DNA of 42,672 nucleotides from a virus. Lineage: Duplodnaviria; Caudoviricetes. The notes beneath the pieces were generated by a model. The model saw nothing but the letters and a program-made list of their open reading frames with translations, searched no databases and was not told the origin of the DNA. Where the stretch lies: positions 1-42,672 of IMG/VR virus record IMGVR_UViG_3300037780_000213; one strand, given 5' to 3'. The position numbers and the translations under genes were made by a program. Positions 1-8,599 of the stretch are shown piece by piece. Each line of letters opens with the position of its first letter. Position 1 is the stretch's first letter.

Positions 1-606
1 TCAGCCCGGCGCTGCGGACGGCATGAGTTTGGATTTCAGCGCATCGAACAGGCTTCCGCCCGGCGCTGCCGCCCCTGCCTGGACCGCCTTATCGTCCGAC
101 CGCTTTTTCATGTAGATGCCGCAGCAACCGGCTGCGATGCCCTGCGGCACCGCCAGGGCGCTGTAAAGCGTGCCCAGGGCCGCGATCTGTTCCGGCGCGA
201 CGATCGAGACCACAAGGGCAATCACGACCTCCACCGCCACCGAGAACGCGATGACATACAGGAAGGTCGGGCGGGCACGCCGCACATAGGCATCCTCGGA
301 TTCCAATTCCTTCCGCATGGTGGCGTTCGTTTCGGCATGCCGCGCGGTTTCCGCAGCCAGCCGGTTCTGTTCCCCCTGCAGCAGAAGCCGCTGCAGTTCG
401 ACCGAATTGTTGCTTTCGATCTCTTTCAGTTTCAGCACGGCATTTGGATCGGCCTGGATGGCCTGCATTAGTTCGTCCGGGTCATCCGATCCGGCCCCCA
501 GCGCCTTTGCAATCAGCTTGCCGGCCGCCGCGCCGCCAGGACCACCCAAGACGCCGCCCAATAGCGGCAGGCCGTTATCGATGAGAAAGTCCAACACATC
601 GCCCAT
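1..606 (-). CDS. Putative holin (3TM/GTA-holin-like)
   Basis: N-terminal Gly/Ala-rich helix, coiled region, YVRRARP motif, then two hydrophobic helices; lies directly downstream of the endolysin. Confidence 0.7.
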   Translation of the reverse strand: MGDVLDFLIDNGLPLLGGVLGGPGGAAAGKLIAKALGAGSDDPDELMQAIQADPNAVLKLKEIESNNSVELQRLLLQGEQNRLAAETARHAETNATMRKELESEDAYVRRARPTFLYVIAFSVAVEVVIALVVSIVAPEQIAALGTLYSALAVPQGIAAGCCGIYMKKRSDDKAVQAGAAAPGGSLFDALKSKLMPSAAPG

Positions 607-621
607 TTCGGTACCCTTCCA

Positions 622-1089
622 TTAGACAGACGGCAGTCCGGCGGTATAGACCCCGCCGGAATAGGTCAGGATTTCCCCGCGATTGCCGGAACGCTTCCGG
701 GACACATGAACCCATCCGCTCCACGGGTCCCCAGGTGTCCAGCATTCGAGAATGAGTTGATCGAACTGAAGGTTTCCAGACACCCAGGCGGCCAGGTCCG
801 GGTTCGAAACCCGGCCCGGCAGTTCCAGGTCGACGGCTTCCCCCTTCATGTGCTGGCTTGTCCGCGAACCGCCCACGGCAGCGTTCAGTGCCGGGCAACG
901 ATACCAGGACAGCCCCCCATTGAAGATGATAGGCACCCCGTAATGCGCCCGGACCGGCTCCAGGATCTCCGTTGCCACCAGGCGCAACGCCGGCCACACA
1001 TCCTCCGGCGGCAGGTTGTCGATTCCCAGCCTGGCCGCCGAATTGCTGCGGCCAGCCTCACGCAAGGTGAAGTGTTGCGAAAGGTTCAT
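622..1089 (-). CDS. Endolysin, peptidase M15A (D-Ala-D-Ala carboxypeptidase-like)
   Basis: Motifs LSQHFTLRE, SWYRCPALNAAVGG, SQHMKGEAVD (Zn ligands H and D) and WVHVS. Confidence 0.9.
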   Translation of the reverse strand: MNLSQHFTLREAGRSNSAARLGIDNLPPEDVWPALRLVATEILEPVRAHYGVPIIFNGGLSWYRCPALNAAVGGSRTSQHMKGEAVDLELPGRVSNPDLAAWVSGNLQFDQLILECWTPGDPWSGWVHVSRKRSGNRGEILTYSGGVYTAGLPSV

Positions 1090-1119
1090 CGCAGTTTCCC
1101 CTGTTTCGGTTGTTCAGGA

Positions 1120-1452
1120 CTACCCGCCGGACTTTTTTCCCCAGGTCTCCAGGACCCGGATCAGCATGGCCTCAAGGCCGCGCGGCCCCAGATAGGCGAT
1201 GAACAAGGCCATGGCCAAAGCCGGCTTGCCGGTAACGCCCACATAGTGGATGACACCATCCGCCAGGAAGCCCATGCACACGGCGGTGATGCCTTCCCAG
1301 ATCAGGTGCGGGGAGAAGAACCGCCGCCGGCGAAGCTGAACCTCCCGGACATGCCACATCAAACGCCCCATTGACGTCATGGCGATGGTGGCGATTCCCG
1401 ACGCAACAATTTGCTGCCAGTATTCCGGCAGGCTTTCCCATACACCTTTCAT
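1120..1452 (-). CDS. Phage holin
   Basis: 110 aa with three hydrophobic segments and an AYLGPRG motif; immediately upstream of the endolysin. Confidence 0.8.
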   Translation of the reverse strand: MKGVWESLPEYWQQIVASGIATIAMTSMGRLMWHVREVQLRRRRFFSPHLIWEGITAVCMGFLADGVIHYVGVTGKPALAMALFIAYLGPRGLEAMLIRVLETWGKKSGG

Positions 1453-1472
1453 GTGCCGCCCCTCCAGGCATG

Positions 1473-1494
1473 AAAAAACCGCCCATCGGGCGGT
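1473..1494 (-). terminator. Rho-independent terminator upstream of the lysis cassette
   Basis: Minus strand reads ACCGCCC-GAT-GGGCGGT followed by a T run. Confidence 0.7.
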
Positions 1495-1544
1495 GAAGCG
1501 TCAAACGCGGCCCGTTAAATGGCCGCTGGATGGTGTCGCCAGGA

Positions 1545-2063
1545 TCAGGCGGGCCAATGCCCGTCGTCGGCATAGTCCGCCGGGATCGGGTCCGCAGCGG
1601 CCAGGGCGAAGGATGCGGCCCAGATCGGCTGCCGGAACGCCGCAGCAGCCAGCAGAACGGACTCCCACTCCGCCGCCGTGACCTCACAAGGCCCGGTATC
1701 GGTCACGACACCGATGGTCGTTTCCGTGTCGCCGGAAGCGGCCAGGGCGCGGGCATAGTCCGTGACCTCCGACCAGCCAGCCAGGTCCGCGACGGTGGTG
1801 CCGATCCGATGCACGCCGCGCTCATCCCCGAAATCGAAATCGAACCCGCCGGCCAGGCGGCGGTTTCTTTCCGCGATCACATCCTCCCCGGTCGGTGCCG
1901 GTGGTTCATAGGCGGCAATGTCGATTTCCTCTCGCAGGATTGCGGCATACATGGCATTCGCCGCGTCCGCTGAAATTAGGGCTGGCACCCCATCGATATC
2001 AGCGGCGACCATCGTGCATGCTTGGTCGGCCCATTTCGGGTTGGTGATTTCGGTCATTCTCAA
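1545..2063 (-). CDS. Tail fibre assembly/chaperone-like protein (DUF4376-like)
   Basis: Follows the tail fibre gene; AERNRRLAGGF and terminal PADYADDGHWP are typical of this class. Confidence 0.65.
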   Translation of the reverse strand: MRMTEITNPKWADQACTMVAADIDGVPALISADAANAMYAAILREEIDIAAYEPPAPTGEDVIAERNRRLAGGFDFDFGDERGVHRIGTTVADLAGWSEVTDYARALAASGDTETTIGVVTDTGPCEVTAAEWESVLLAAAAFRQPIWAASFALAAADPIPADYADDGHWPA

Positions 2064-3310
2064 ATCTCCGCATCTACGTTTAGAAGGTCGGCCATTAAAG
2101 TGACGGCACGCCCATCCAGGGCTATCAATCCGGTGAAGCCATTCAGACTGTAGTGTCCCCCCAAAACACCCGCCGCGCCGCCAGACGCGCTCAAGCTTGA
2201 ACCAGATCCAGATTGGCTGCCGTTAGATTGCTGATAGATCGAGGGCGCAGTAGTCCGAAGGGATACAGTTGGGCCAGCCCGCATCGGAACCGGCCAGCGC
2301 ACACCGAACGCAATAGCCGATGTGGTGTAAGCCGTGCCCATTGTGCCAGCACCTACGACCGCAAAGTATCGCTGACATAAAGCCACTTCCGCCGCCAATG
2401 GCCGGACCTCGAATGGCGTCGCGTTCGGGCCTTCCTCCAGCTGAAAACCAGTCAGGTAAACGCTATCGTCCGTCCCCGCCGTTCCGGTCGGAACCCAACT
2501 CATCTTGAAACCCAATTCCGTGGCGTTCGATGGCATCGTGCCTGTGAAGGTATAGCGTGCCCAAGACGTGGTCAGCGCCTGGCTAGTCGATACGAAATTG
2601 CTGGCACCGGTGAACAGATAGACCTTTTCATCAACGCCGGTGCCGCTGGTCACATTGACAGACAGGTTACCGCCGGAATAGTTCGCCCCCTTCTTTGCCC
2701 AGAATGATAAGGTCACCACCTTGCCCGCAAGGTGCCGGCAATCGGCGCTTTCCAACGTGTAATAAAGTGCCCCACCAGACACCGCATCGGTATCACCAGG
2801 CACGCGCTGCGCCTTCATGGCGTAGCCAAATCCGGGCGGCGCATCCGTCACCCGGCTTACCGTCAGTCCGCCCGCACCACCGCCCCGGTTCATAAAGAAC
2901 CGGTCCAGGGTGTAGCCGTTCGCATTGATGAAGGACGTGGCCCGCTGCGCGACCCGGAAATCGCCATTGATGACGCGGTTGCGGAACCCTTGGCCCGGCC
3001 CGATCGCGGCCAGCGCCGTGCCCGCCGCGTTCACCTGTAACGCCTTGCCGTAATCCGCCGCCGTCATGTTCAGCAGCTTCACTGTTTTGCCACCGCCAAG
3101 ATCCAGCTGGATTTCGCCGTCCTTCACCAGCAAACCATCGATCGTAACGCCGGCATTCGCCGTGGCCTCATTGATCACATTGGCCAGAATGGGCGTAATA
3201 CCGCTGACCAGACGTTCGGTCAGCGCATCGACCAGCTGGTCCATGGCCGTCTTGTATTGGCCTTGCGTCACATTGCCGGTCAGTTGTGATTTAAGCGGCA
3301 GGTCGGTCAT
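2060..3310 (-). CDS. Tail fibre / receptor-binding protein with carbohydrate-binding-like domain
   Basis: FRNRVINGDFRVAQR, QLEEGPNATPFEVRP and EVALCQRYF motifs; located after the tail tip gene. Confidence 0.8.
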   Translation of the reverse strand: MTDLPLKSQLTGNVTQGQYKTAMDQLVDALTERLVSGITPILANVINEATANAGVTIDGLLVKDGEIQLDLGGGKTVKLLNMTAADYGKALQVNAAGTALAAIGPGQGFRNRVINGDFRVAQRATSFINANGYTLDRFFMNRGGGAGGLTVSRVTDAPPGFGYAMKAQRVPGDTDAVSGGALYYTLESADCRHLAGKVVTLSFWAKKGANYSGGNLSVNVTSGTGVDEKVYLFTGASNFVSTSQALTTSWARYTFTGTMPSNATELGFKMSWVPTGTAGTDDSVYLTGFQLEEGPNATPFEVRPLAAEVALCQRYFAVVGAGTMGTAYTTSAIAFGVRWPVPMRAGPTVSLRTTAPSIYQQSNGSQSGSGSSLSASGGAAGVLGGHYSLNGFTGLIALDGRAVTLMADLLNVDAEI

Positions 3311-3322
3311 GGTCGGAATCTC

Positions 3323-6300
3323 CTAAAGGTAGCCTTGAATGGTGGCGTCGATCGTGCCGGCGGCTTCCACAAGAGACCCGCCGGATTGCCGGAAACACTT
3401 GATCAGCGGCCCCAGCGCCGCGTTCTTGTCCATTCCCTTGACGGTTTCGGCGCTGCCGCCATCGTCCTGGAGCGTCACGGACACGTTCTTGATTTTGACC
3501 CAGGGCCGCGCGATCGGCAGACGAATGCCACCGATCGGGACTTCCAGATCATTGAACCGTTCGAATTCGTCGGGCGCGTCCACCACGGCCTTGAGTGTGT
3601 CGATACGCCCCTGCGTCTTGCCGGACCCGACCACCGCCTTGATTTCGTACGGTTCGGGGAAGGCCTGCACCCGCGTCGTGTAGGGCACGAAGGACAGATT
3701 CTCCTGCCACATGGCATCGGTCACGGTGCCCCACATCGCGCCCGCTACCTCCGGGAACATGATTTCCGGGAAGGCCCGCCGGTAATAGATTTGCAGATTA
3801 CCCTGGCCGCCGGCATCCATGTAAAACAGGCCGGATGCTTCGGGCGTGAAGGAGTCCAGATAGGACATTTCCGGGAAGACCGCCGTCCACATATCCGCCA
3901 CGTCGGAGGAATAGACGGGCTGCGCATCGCCTGAGAACATCGCACCGGACGCCGCCCCCCACATCGCCACCGCCGCGTTGCCCCACATCGCCGTGCCGTC
4001 GACCGACCATTGCAGGTCGCCACTATCGGCGGCCAACAGCGCGCCATCGCCATCGATCGCACCGTTCACAATCTGACCGGTCCAGGGCAACGCCCGATAA
4101 TCGATTTCCTGCACCAGGTTCTGGACCAGGGCATCCCCCAGACCGACCACCGCCACCGCCGAGTCGGTCGATTCATTGCCGGACGTGTCCACCGTCTTGG
4201 CCAGAATCGTCCATGTGCCATAACGCAAGGCGTCGGTTTCGAACGGGGCCGCCCCCAGCAACCCGGTATGCAACGGAATCGCGTGCGGCCAGTCGCGGCT
4301 GGTGCCCAGGTTGGCCCGCAGCCGCACGCCCGCCGCGTCCTGTTCGCCGCCGGCATTCGTCCACCAGAACCGCCGCTTGCGGTCCGCCGTTTCTTCGACA
4401 AACAGATCCACCGGGGCCGCCGGCGCGATCGTATCGCCCTTCGTGACCAGCACCGCCGTGGAGGCATCGGACAAGGGCAGCTTGCGGCCAGACGTGCCCA
4501 CCGCCAGGACCGCAACCTCCACCGTTTCCCCGCGCGCCCTGCCGGTCGCAACCGTGGCCGATTGTGCCATGGTCACGTCCTTTAGTCGCCAGCGCCCCTG
4601 GTCCTTGACATAGACCTCATACCCGCCGGGGAAGTCGCCGCCATGCGGCTGCCATTGCGCGACCACATCGGACACCGCCATGCCGGACGGAAAGCGCACA
4701 ATCTCGGAAAGGGTCAGGAACCCGACCCTGCCCGGCGCTGCGGTTGTCGGGTCCGGGGTAACCTGCGGATCGTGAACAGGGATTGACCCGGAATCAGCCA
4801 TATGAACCGCCGGGGCCGCATCCAGCAGAGTCAGCGTCGCCCGCAGGTCCCCGGAATGGCGAATGCTTTTCACGATCAGGTCGACCGTTTCCTTACCCAC
4901 CAGGCCGAACATGGCCAGGTCGCCCGGTGCCGGCGCGTCCTCCGCCGCTACCGGATCGGTAAAGGTCAGAGCCTTGGTTTCACCTGCCGCCGTTTGCACG
5001 GTCCTGGCGGTATCCAGTCCCGACGCATGCCGGAATCGCACCGCATAGGACTTGCCGGCCTCCATCGTCACGGGGTTGTCCAGGACCACACCCGCCACGG
5101 TATCACCAGCGCCTGCGGTCAGTTTTTTAACCCGTGCCCAGGACGTACCCCAGCGCGGCACATCATGGGCAACCCGCACCAGATCACCAGCCGTGCAGAC
5201 CAGGTGGTCGATATCGCAGGACAGTTCGTAAGTCTCCAAGCGCAGACGGGCACAGGCCATGTGATAGCGGCCATCCCGCCACACCTGGTCCGCATCGGTG
5301 CAGCCGAACATTTCCAGGCTTTCAAACTGCGTTGCGGTCTGTTCGGTATAGCCGTCGTCGTAGACGATCCGTTCGTCCGGTGCCCAATCCCGGTCCGGGT
5401 TGATAAACCGGCATTTCAGCCCGTGCGCCGCTTTCAGAAATGTGCGCTGCCCCTTGAAGCCGAAGGAATTGCGCGGGGTGAAATGCTGAACCGGAACGGT
5501 CTGAGGCACATCCCGAACGATGGAAAACTTGCCGTCCCGCATCCCGAAGCGCGCCCGCCCCGCCGCTGCTATATCGGACAGAAGTTCATAGACGGTGGTC
5601 GGGTAATCAATCACCGCATCGAAAGTGCGGTCCGGGTCGCTGGCCGCCCATTCCATGAAGGCGGCCAGGTCCAGGCGCGAGTCCGCCACCGCGCGCTTGT
5701 TGGCCGCACCGCGCAGCACATCGACATAGGCCCAAGCCGGATGCCGCGTCGCCTGTTCCGTCCATTGGTTGCCGTCCCAAACCGGCAGCAGCGCCTCCCC
5801 GATCGCGGAAAACTGGTCGACCACTCCTGTCAGCTGGTCCGTTGCGCGAATTCGCAGGGCAACCAGGCAGCGCCCGGACACCGCCATGGGCTGCACATGG
5901 GTGACGGTCCGCAGCGCGGCGATAAAGCAGTCGTCCCGCACGGACGCGTCGCCACCATCGGGCACCGCGCCGTTCAGGGCGGTAAAACTGCGCCCTTCCT
6001 TTTCGCCATGATTGACCCAATGTTCCCAGGCCCGCCCCTCATAACCGGCTTTCGGGTCTTCCGGCGAATAGCCTTCGCCGCCGTACCCGTAATAGACATC
6101 CGCCGCCACGTCGGGATTTGCGTTCCAGTAAGCCGCCGCATCGAACTGGCCCTTGGTCCATTCCACATTGTCCGGCGACAGACGGGTGAAATAGACGGCA
6201 TAACGCCCCCGCGACGGCGGCACGATGCGGATGCCCCGCCGCACCAGCTGCTCGGTTGCTTCGGTATATTCAAAGACGCCGTGTTCCGTCAGCGGATCGC

Positions 6301-7318
6301 TGGTCCCGGCAAGCCGGTATTCGACGCGCAGTTTTACCGTGCGACTTTGCCGCGACCCGCCGGAATCGAAACGCACCAGGCCTTGAAACGCCACATCAAT
6401 CAGGAATTCGTCCGCATCGCTGCGCGTCTCCAGCACCTGGGTGCCGCCCCAATTGGTGACTTTCAGACTGTACTGGTCTTCGCGGATCGTATTGGAGTAC
6501 AGCGACACCGCCGCATCGGTGCTGTAGCCTTGGCGGATCTCGACTTCGACCCCTTCGTAATGGTCCAGCGGTACCGTGCCGATGCGCATGTCAGACAGGC
6601 GCAGCGGGCCATATCCGAAATCGAACAGCATTCGGTAATACTGGTGGTCGCCTTCCGTTTCCGAATAGGGATGCGCCGCCAGCAACGGGTAAATCCGGTG
6701 CCTGCCATAAAGGCGCGGCACGACCCCGAACCGGTTCGCCCGGTTCTGGGTCCCGGTAATCGACAGGGTGGGGCTGGACCGGGATAGGCTGGCCGCCTGC
6801 GCCCCACCCAATTCACCGATGCGGGCCTTCGGCGGCGGGGCAATGGCGTTCACGATCAGACTGCCCACGGTGGACACCGCGAACCCGACCGCTGCCGACG
6901 TGACGGCATAGCCAATCGTGCCGGCCTGGAAGCCCAACGCCCCCGCAGCCAGGCCGCCGGTATAGATGGCCGCAATCATAATGGCGATCGTCAGCACGAT
7001 GCGCAGCGGGTTCTTACCACCACCACCGCCACCACCGCCCGCCGGCACCGTCTTGACCGTCACGACCGTGCCTGGTTTCGGGCGCACCACCGACCAATTC
7101 TCGCGGGGGATGAACACCGGGTCGTGTTTCATCGCCGCATCGCAGATCCACACCACCACGTGGGAATCCATTCCCGGCGCGATGCCGCCGGCGCGCACCA
7201 TGTCCAGGATCGTACCACCCGCCGGCAGGTGGATATCCTTGCGGTCGCTGCTGAACGGATTGGCGCAGGCGATGACCCGCAGATCCGATGCCCCGTCGCG
7301 CAATGCCGGAACGCTCAT
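3323..7318 (-). CDS. Tail tip / host-specificity protein (lambda gpI+gpJ-like fusion)
   Basis: About 1330 aa; N-terminal gpI-like part with a Gly run and hydrophobic helices, VPRLYGRHR motif, C-terminal FN3-like beta domains; ATG at 7318 overlaps the NlpC/P60 stop. Confidence 0.85.
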   Translation of the reverse strand: MSVPALRDGASDLRVIACANPFSSDRKDIHLPAGGTILDMVRAGGIAPGMDSHVVVWICDAAMKHDPVFIPRENWSVVRPKPGTVVTVKTVPAGGGGGGGGKNPLRIVLTIAIMIAAIYTGGLAAGALGFQAGTIGYAVTSAAVGFAVSTVGSLIVNAIAPPPKARIGELGGAQAASLSRSSPTLSITGTQNRANRFGVVPRLYGRHRIYPLLAAHPYSETEGDHQYYRMLFDFGYGPLRLSDMRIGTVPLDHYEGVEVEIRQGYSTDAAVSLYSNTIREDQYSLKVTNWGGTQVLETRSDADEFLIDVAFQGLVRFDSGGSRQSRTVKLRVEYRLAGTSDPLTEHGVFEYTEATEQLVRRGIRIVPPSRGRYAVYFTRLSPDNVEWTKGQFDAAAYWNANPDVAADVYYGYGGEGYSPEDPKAGYEGRAWEHWVNHGEKEGRSFTALNGAVPDGGDASVRDDCFIAALRTVTHVQPMAVSGRCLVALRIRATDQLTGVVDQFSAIGEALLPVWDGNQWTEQATRHPAWAYVDVLRGAANKRAVADSRLDLAAFMEWAASDPDRTFDAVIDYPTTVYELLSDIAAAGRARFGMRDGKFSIVRDVPQTVPVQHFTPRNSFGFKGQRTFLKAAHGLKCRFINPDRDWAPDERIVYDDGYTEQTATQFESLEMFGCTDADQVWRDGRYHMACARLRLETYELSCDIDHLVCTAGDLVRVAHDVPRWGTSWARVKKLTAGAGDTVAGVVLDNPVTMEAGKSYAVRFRHASGLDTARTVQTAAGETKALTFTDPVAAEDAPAPGDLAMFGLVGKETVDLIVKSIRHSGDLRATLTLLDAAPAVHMADSGSIPVHDPQVTPDPTTAAPGRVGFLTLSEIVRFPSGMAVSDVVAQWQPHGGDFPGGYEVYVKDQGRWRLKDVTMAQSATVATGRARGETVEVAVLAVGTSGRKLPLSDASTAVLVTKGDTIAPAAPVDLFVEETADRKRRFWWTNAGGEQDAAGVRLRANLGTSRDWPHAIPLHTGLLGAAPFETDALRYGTWTILAKTVDTSGNESTDSAVAVVGLGDALVQNLVQEIDYRALPWTGQIVNGAIDGDGALLAADSGDLQWSVDGTAMWGNAAVAMWGAASGAMFSGDAQPVYSSDVADMWTAVFPEMSYLDSFTPEASGLFYMDAGGQGNLQIYYRRAFPEIMFPEVAGAMWGTVTDAMWQENLSFVPYTTRVQAFPEPYEIKAVVGSGKTQGRIDTLKAVVDAPDEFERFNDLEVPIGGIRLPIARPWVKIKNVSVTLQDDGGSAETVKGMDKNAALGPLIKCFRQSGGSLVEAAGTIDATIQGYL

Positions 7319-7755
7319 TCCCCGACCCCCTTGTACCGAAAAATCCCGATGACGCGACCGCGCCACCGCGCACCGTCGTAACTGTCCAGGCAGCTATCCG
7401 TGCCGACCTCCGCATGCAGCATCCAGGCACCGGACCGGACGGGGGACACGACCAGCCCGACATGGCACGGTTGATTGCGCAGCCGCATAAGGACCACATC
7501 CCCGGCCCGCGCGTGCCCTTTCGGGATCTCCGCCCACGGCTGCATTTCCCCGCGAATGATCCGGGCTATTTCCGCCGCGTCTTCCGTCGAAACCACCGCA
7601 CCGGCAAAGGCAGGCAGGTGAATGCCGAACCGTTCCGACAGCACCAGGCGCAGCAGTCCGAAGCAATCGACGCCATCGCGCGTCCGGCCATTATCCGCAA
7701 AGGGCAGCCCGATATAATCCGCCACCCAAGCCGGTGGAGGCGTCACGCCAGCCAT
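7315..7755 (-). CDS. NlpC/P60 tail protein (gpK-like)
   Basis: YIGLPF...GRTRDGVDCFGL catalytic Cys motif, plus HVGLV and LH. Confidence 0.9.
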   Translation of the reverse strand: MAGVTPPPAWVADYIGLPFADNGRTRDGVDCFGLLRLVLSERFGIHLPAFAGAVVSTEDAAEIARIIRGEMQPWAEIPKGHARAGDVVLMRLRNQPCHVGLVVSPVRSGAWMLHAEVGTDSCLDSYDGARWRGRVIGIFRYKGVGE

Positions 7756-7766
7756 GGTCGACCTCT

Positions 7767-8240
7767 TTAGAAAAGTCCGGGATAGTCGGACGGAATGTAG
7801 GTTCCGCCCGGAAACGGCTCATTCAGCACGTCCTCGAACACCAGGTCGCCCGTGACGAGTAAGGTATCGTAACTGGCGGACACCAGCGACATGCTGAACG
7901 GCCCGGCCTCCACCGTATCCGGGGATGAAGCCATGATGACCTCCAGCGACACGGTTACCGGGTCCGTGATGGCCCGCAGCGAATCAATGATGACGCGGTC
8001 CACATTATCGATACGCAGCTGCACGCGGGCCAACTGGTCCGGGTCTTCGTCCGGCAGGTTCACCTCGAACGGATAGGCCACAAACAGGTTGCCCCGGCTG
8101 GTGATGTTTTCCGTGTTGTTCACCACCCGCACCGGTTCGGCCAGTTCGTCATGGTCCAGCGACAGCAGCAGCAGGAACACCTCGTCCGTGTTCTGCGCAT
8201 TGACGGCCTGGCGGGCGGCAGCGCTTACGGTCCGGCTCAC
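7767..8240 (-). CDS. DUF1833-like tail tip protein (gpL position)
   Basis: GTG start overlaps the upstream stop; VRVVNN, PFEVNLP, LRIDNVDR and terminal PGLF motifs. Confidence 0.8.
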   Translation of the reverse strand: MSRTVSAAARQAVNAQNTDEVFLLLLSLDHDELAEPVRVVNNTENITSRGNLFVAYPFEVNLPDEDPDQLARVQLRIDNVDRVIIDSLRAITDPVTVSLEVIMASSPDTVEAGPFSMSLVSASYDTLLVTGDLVFEDVLNEPFPGGTYIPSDYPGLF

Positions 8241-8599
8241 GGTTGCAACTCCACCTGCATGATCGCCGCCCAGCGCGAACCGCGCGACGATGCCTGATAG
8301 CGCGGCGGGGCCTTGAACATGAAGGTCGCCTCCGCGCCGGTCCTGGGGTGGACCCAATCGAAGGGCAACGCCCCACGGGCCAGCGTGGTCACGAAAAAGG
8401 TGTCCAGAGTTTCCAGTTGCGCCTGGGTCAGCGGCGGGGTGCGCAGGGTGAACTTGCGAACCTCCGCCGTGTTGCGCGGGCGCGTCTTGTCCGGGCCGAC
8501 ATCCATTTGTGTCCGCAGCACACCATCGGGTGGGGTTTCGTCATAGCCGCTGACCGTGACGCCCTGCGGCAGGGATGCCGGCCATTCCGCATTCGCCAT
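8237..8599 (-). CDS. Distal tail protein (gpM-like)
   Basis: WPASLP, RTQMDVGPDKTR and FDWVHP motifs; directly after the tape measure gene. Confidence 0.75.
   Translation of the reverse strand: MANAEWPASLPQGVTVSGYDETPPDGVLRTQMDVGPDKTRPRNTAEVRKFTLRTPPLTQAQLETLDTFFVTTLARGALPFDWVHPRTGAEATFMFKAPPRYQASSRGSRWAAIMQVELQP

Noticed and set aside
4802-6787. 661-aa plus-strand ORF
   Set aside because: Antisense shadow of the tail-tip gene, as expected in GC-rich DNA; no recognisable motifs.
7015-7040. (CCA/CCG)n microsatellite as a phase-variation tract
   Set aside because: It is an in-frame poly-Gly linker typical of gpI-like tail proteins.
2060-7318. Diversity-generating retroelement or invertible tail-fibre cassette
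   Set aside because: No reverse transcriptase or invertase gene, and no duplicated TR/VR segment was seen.
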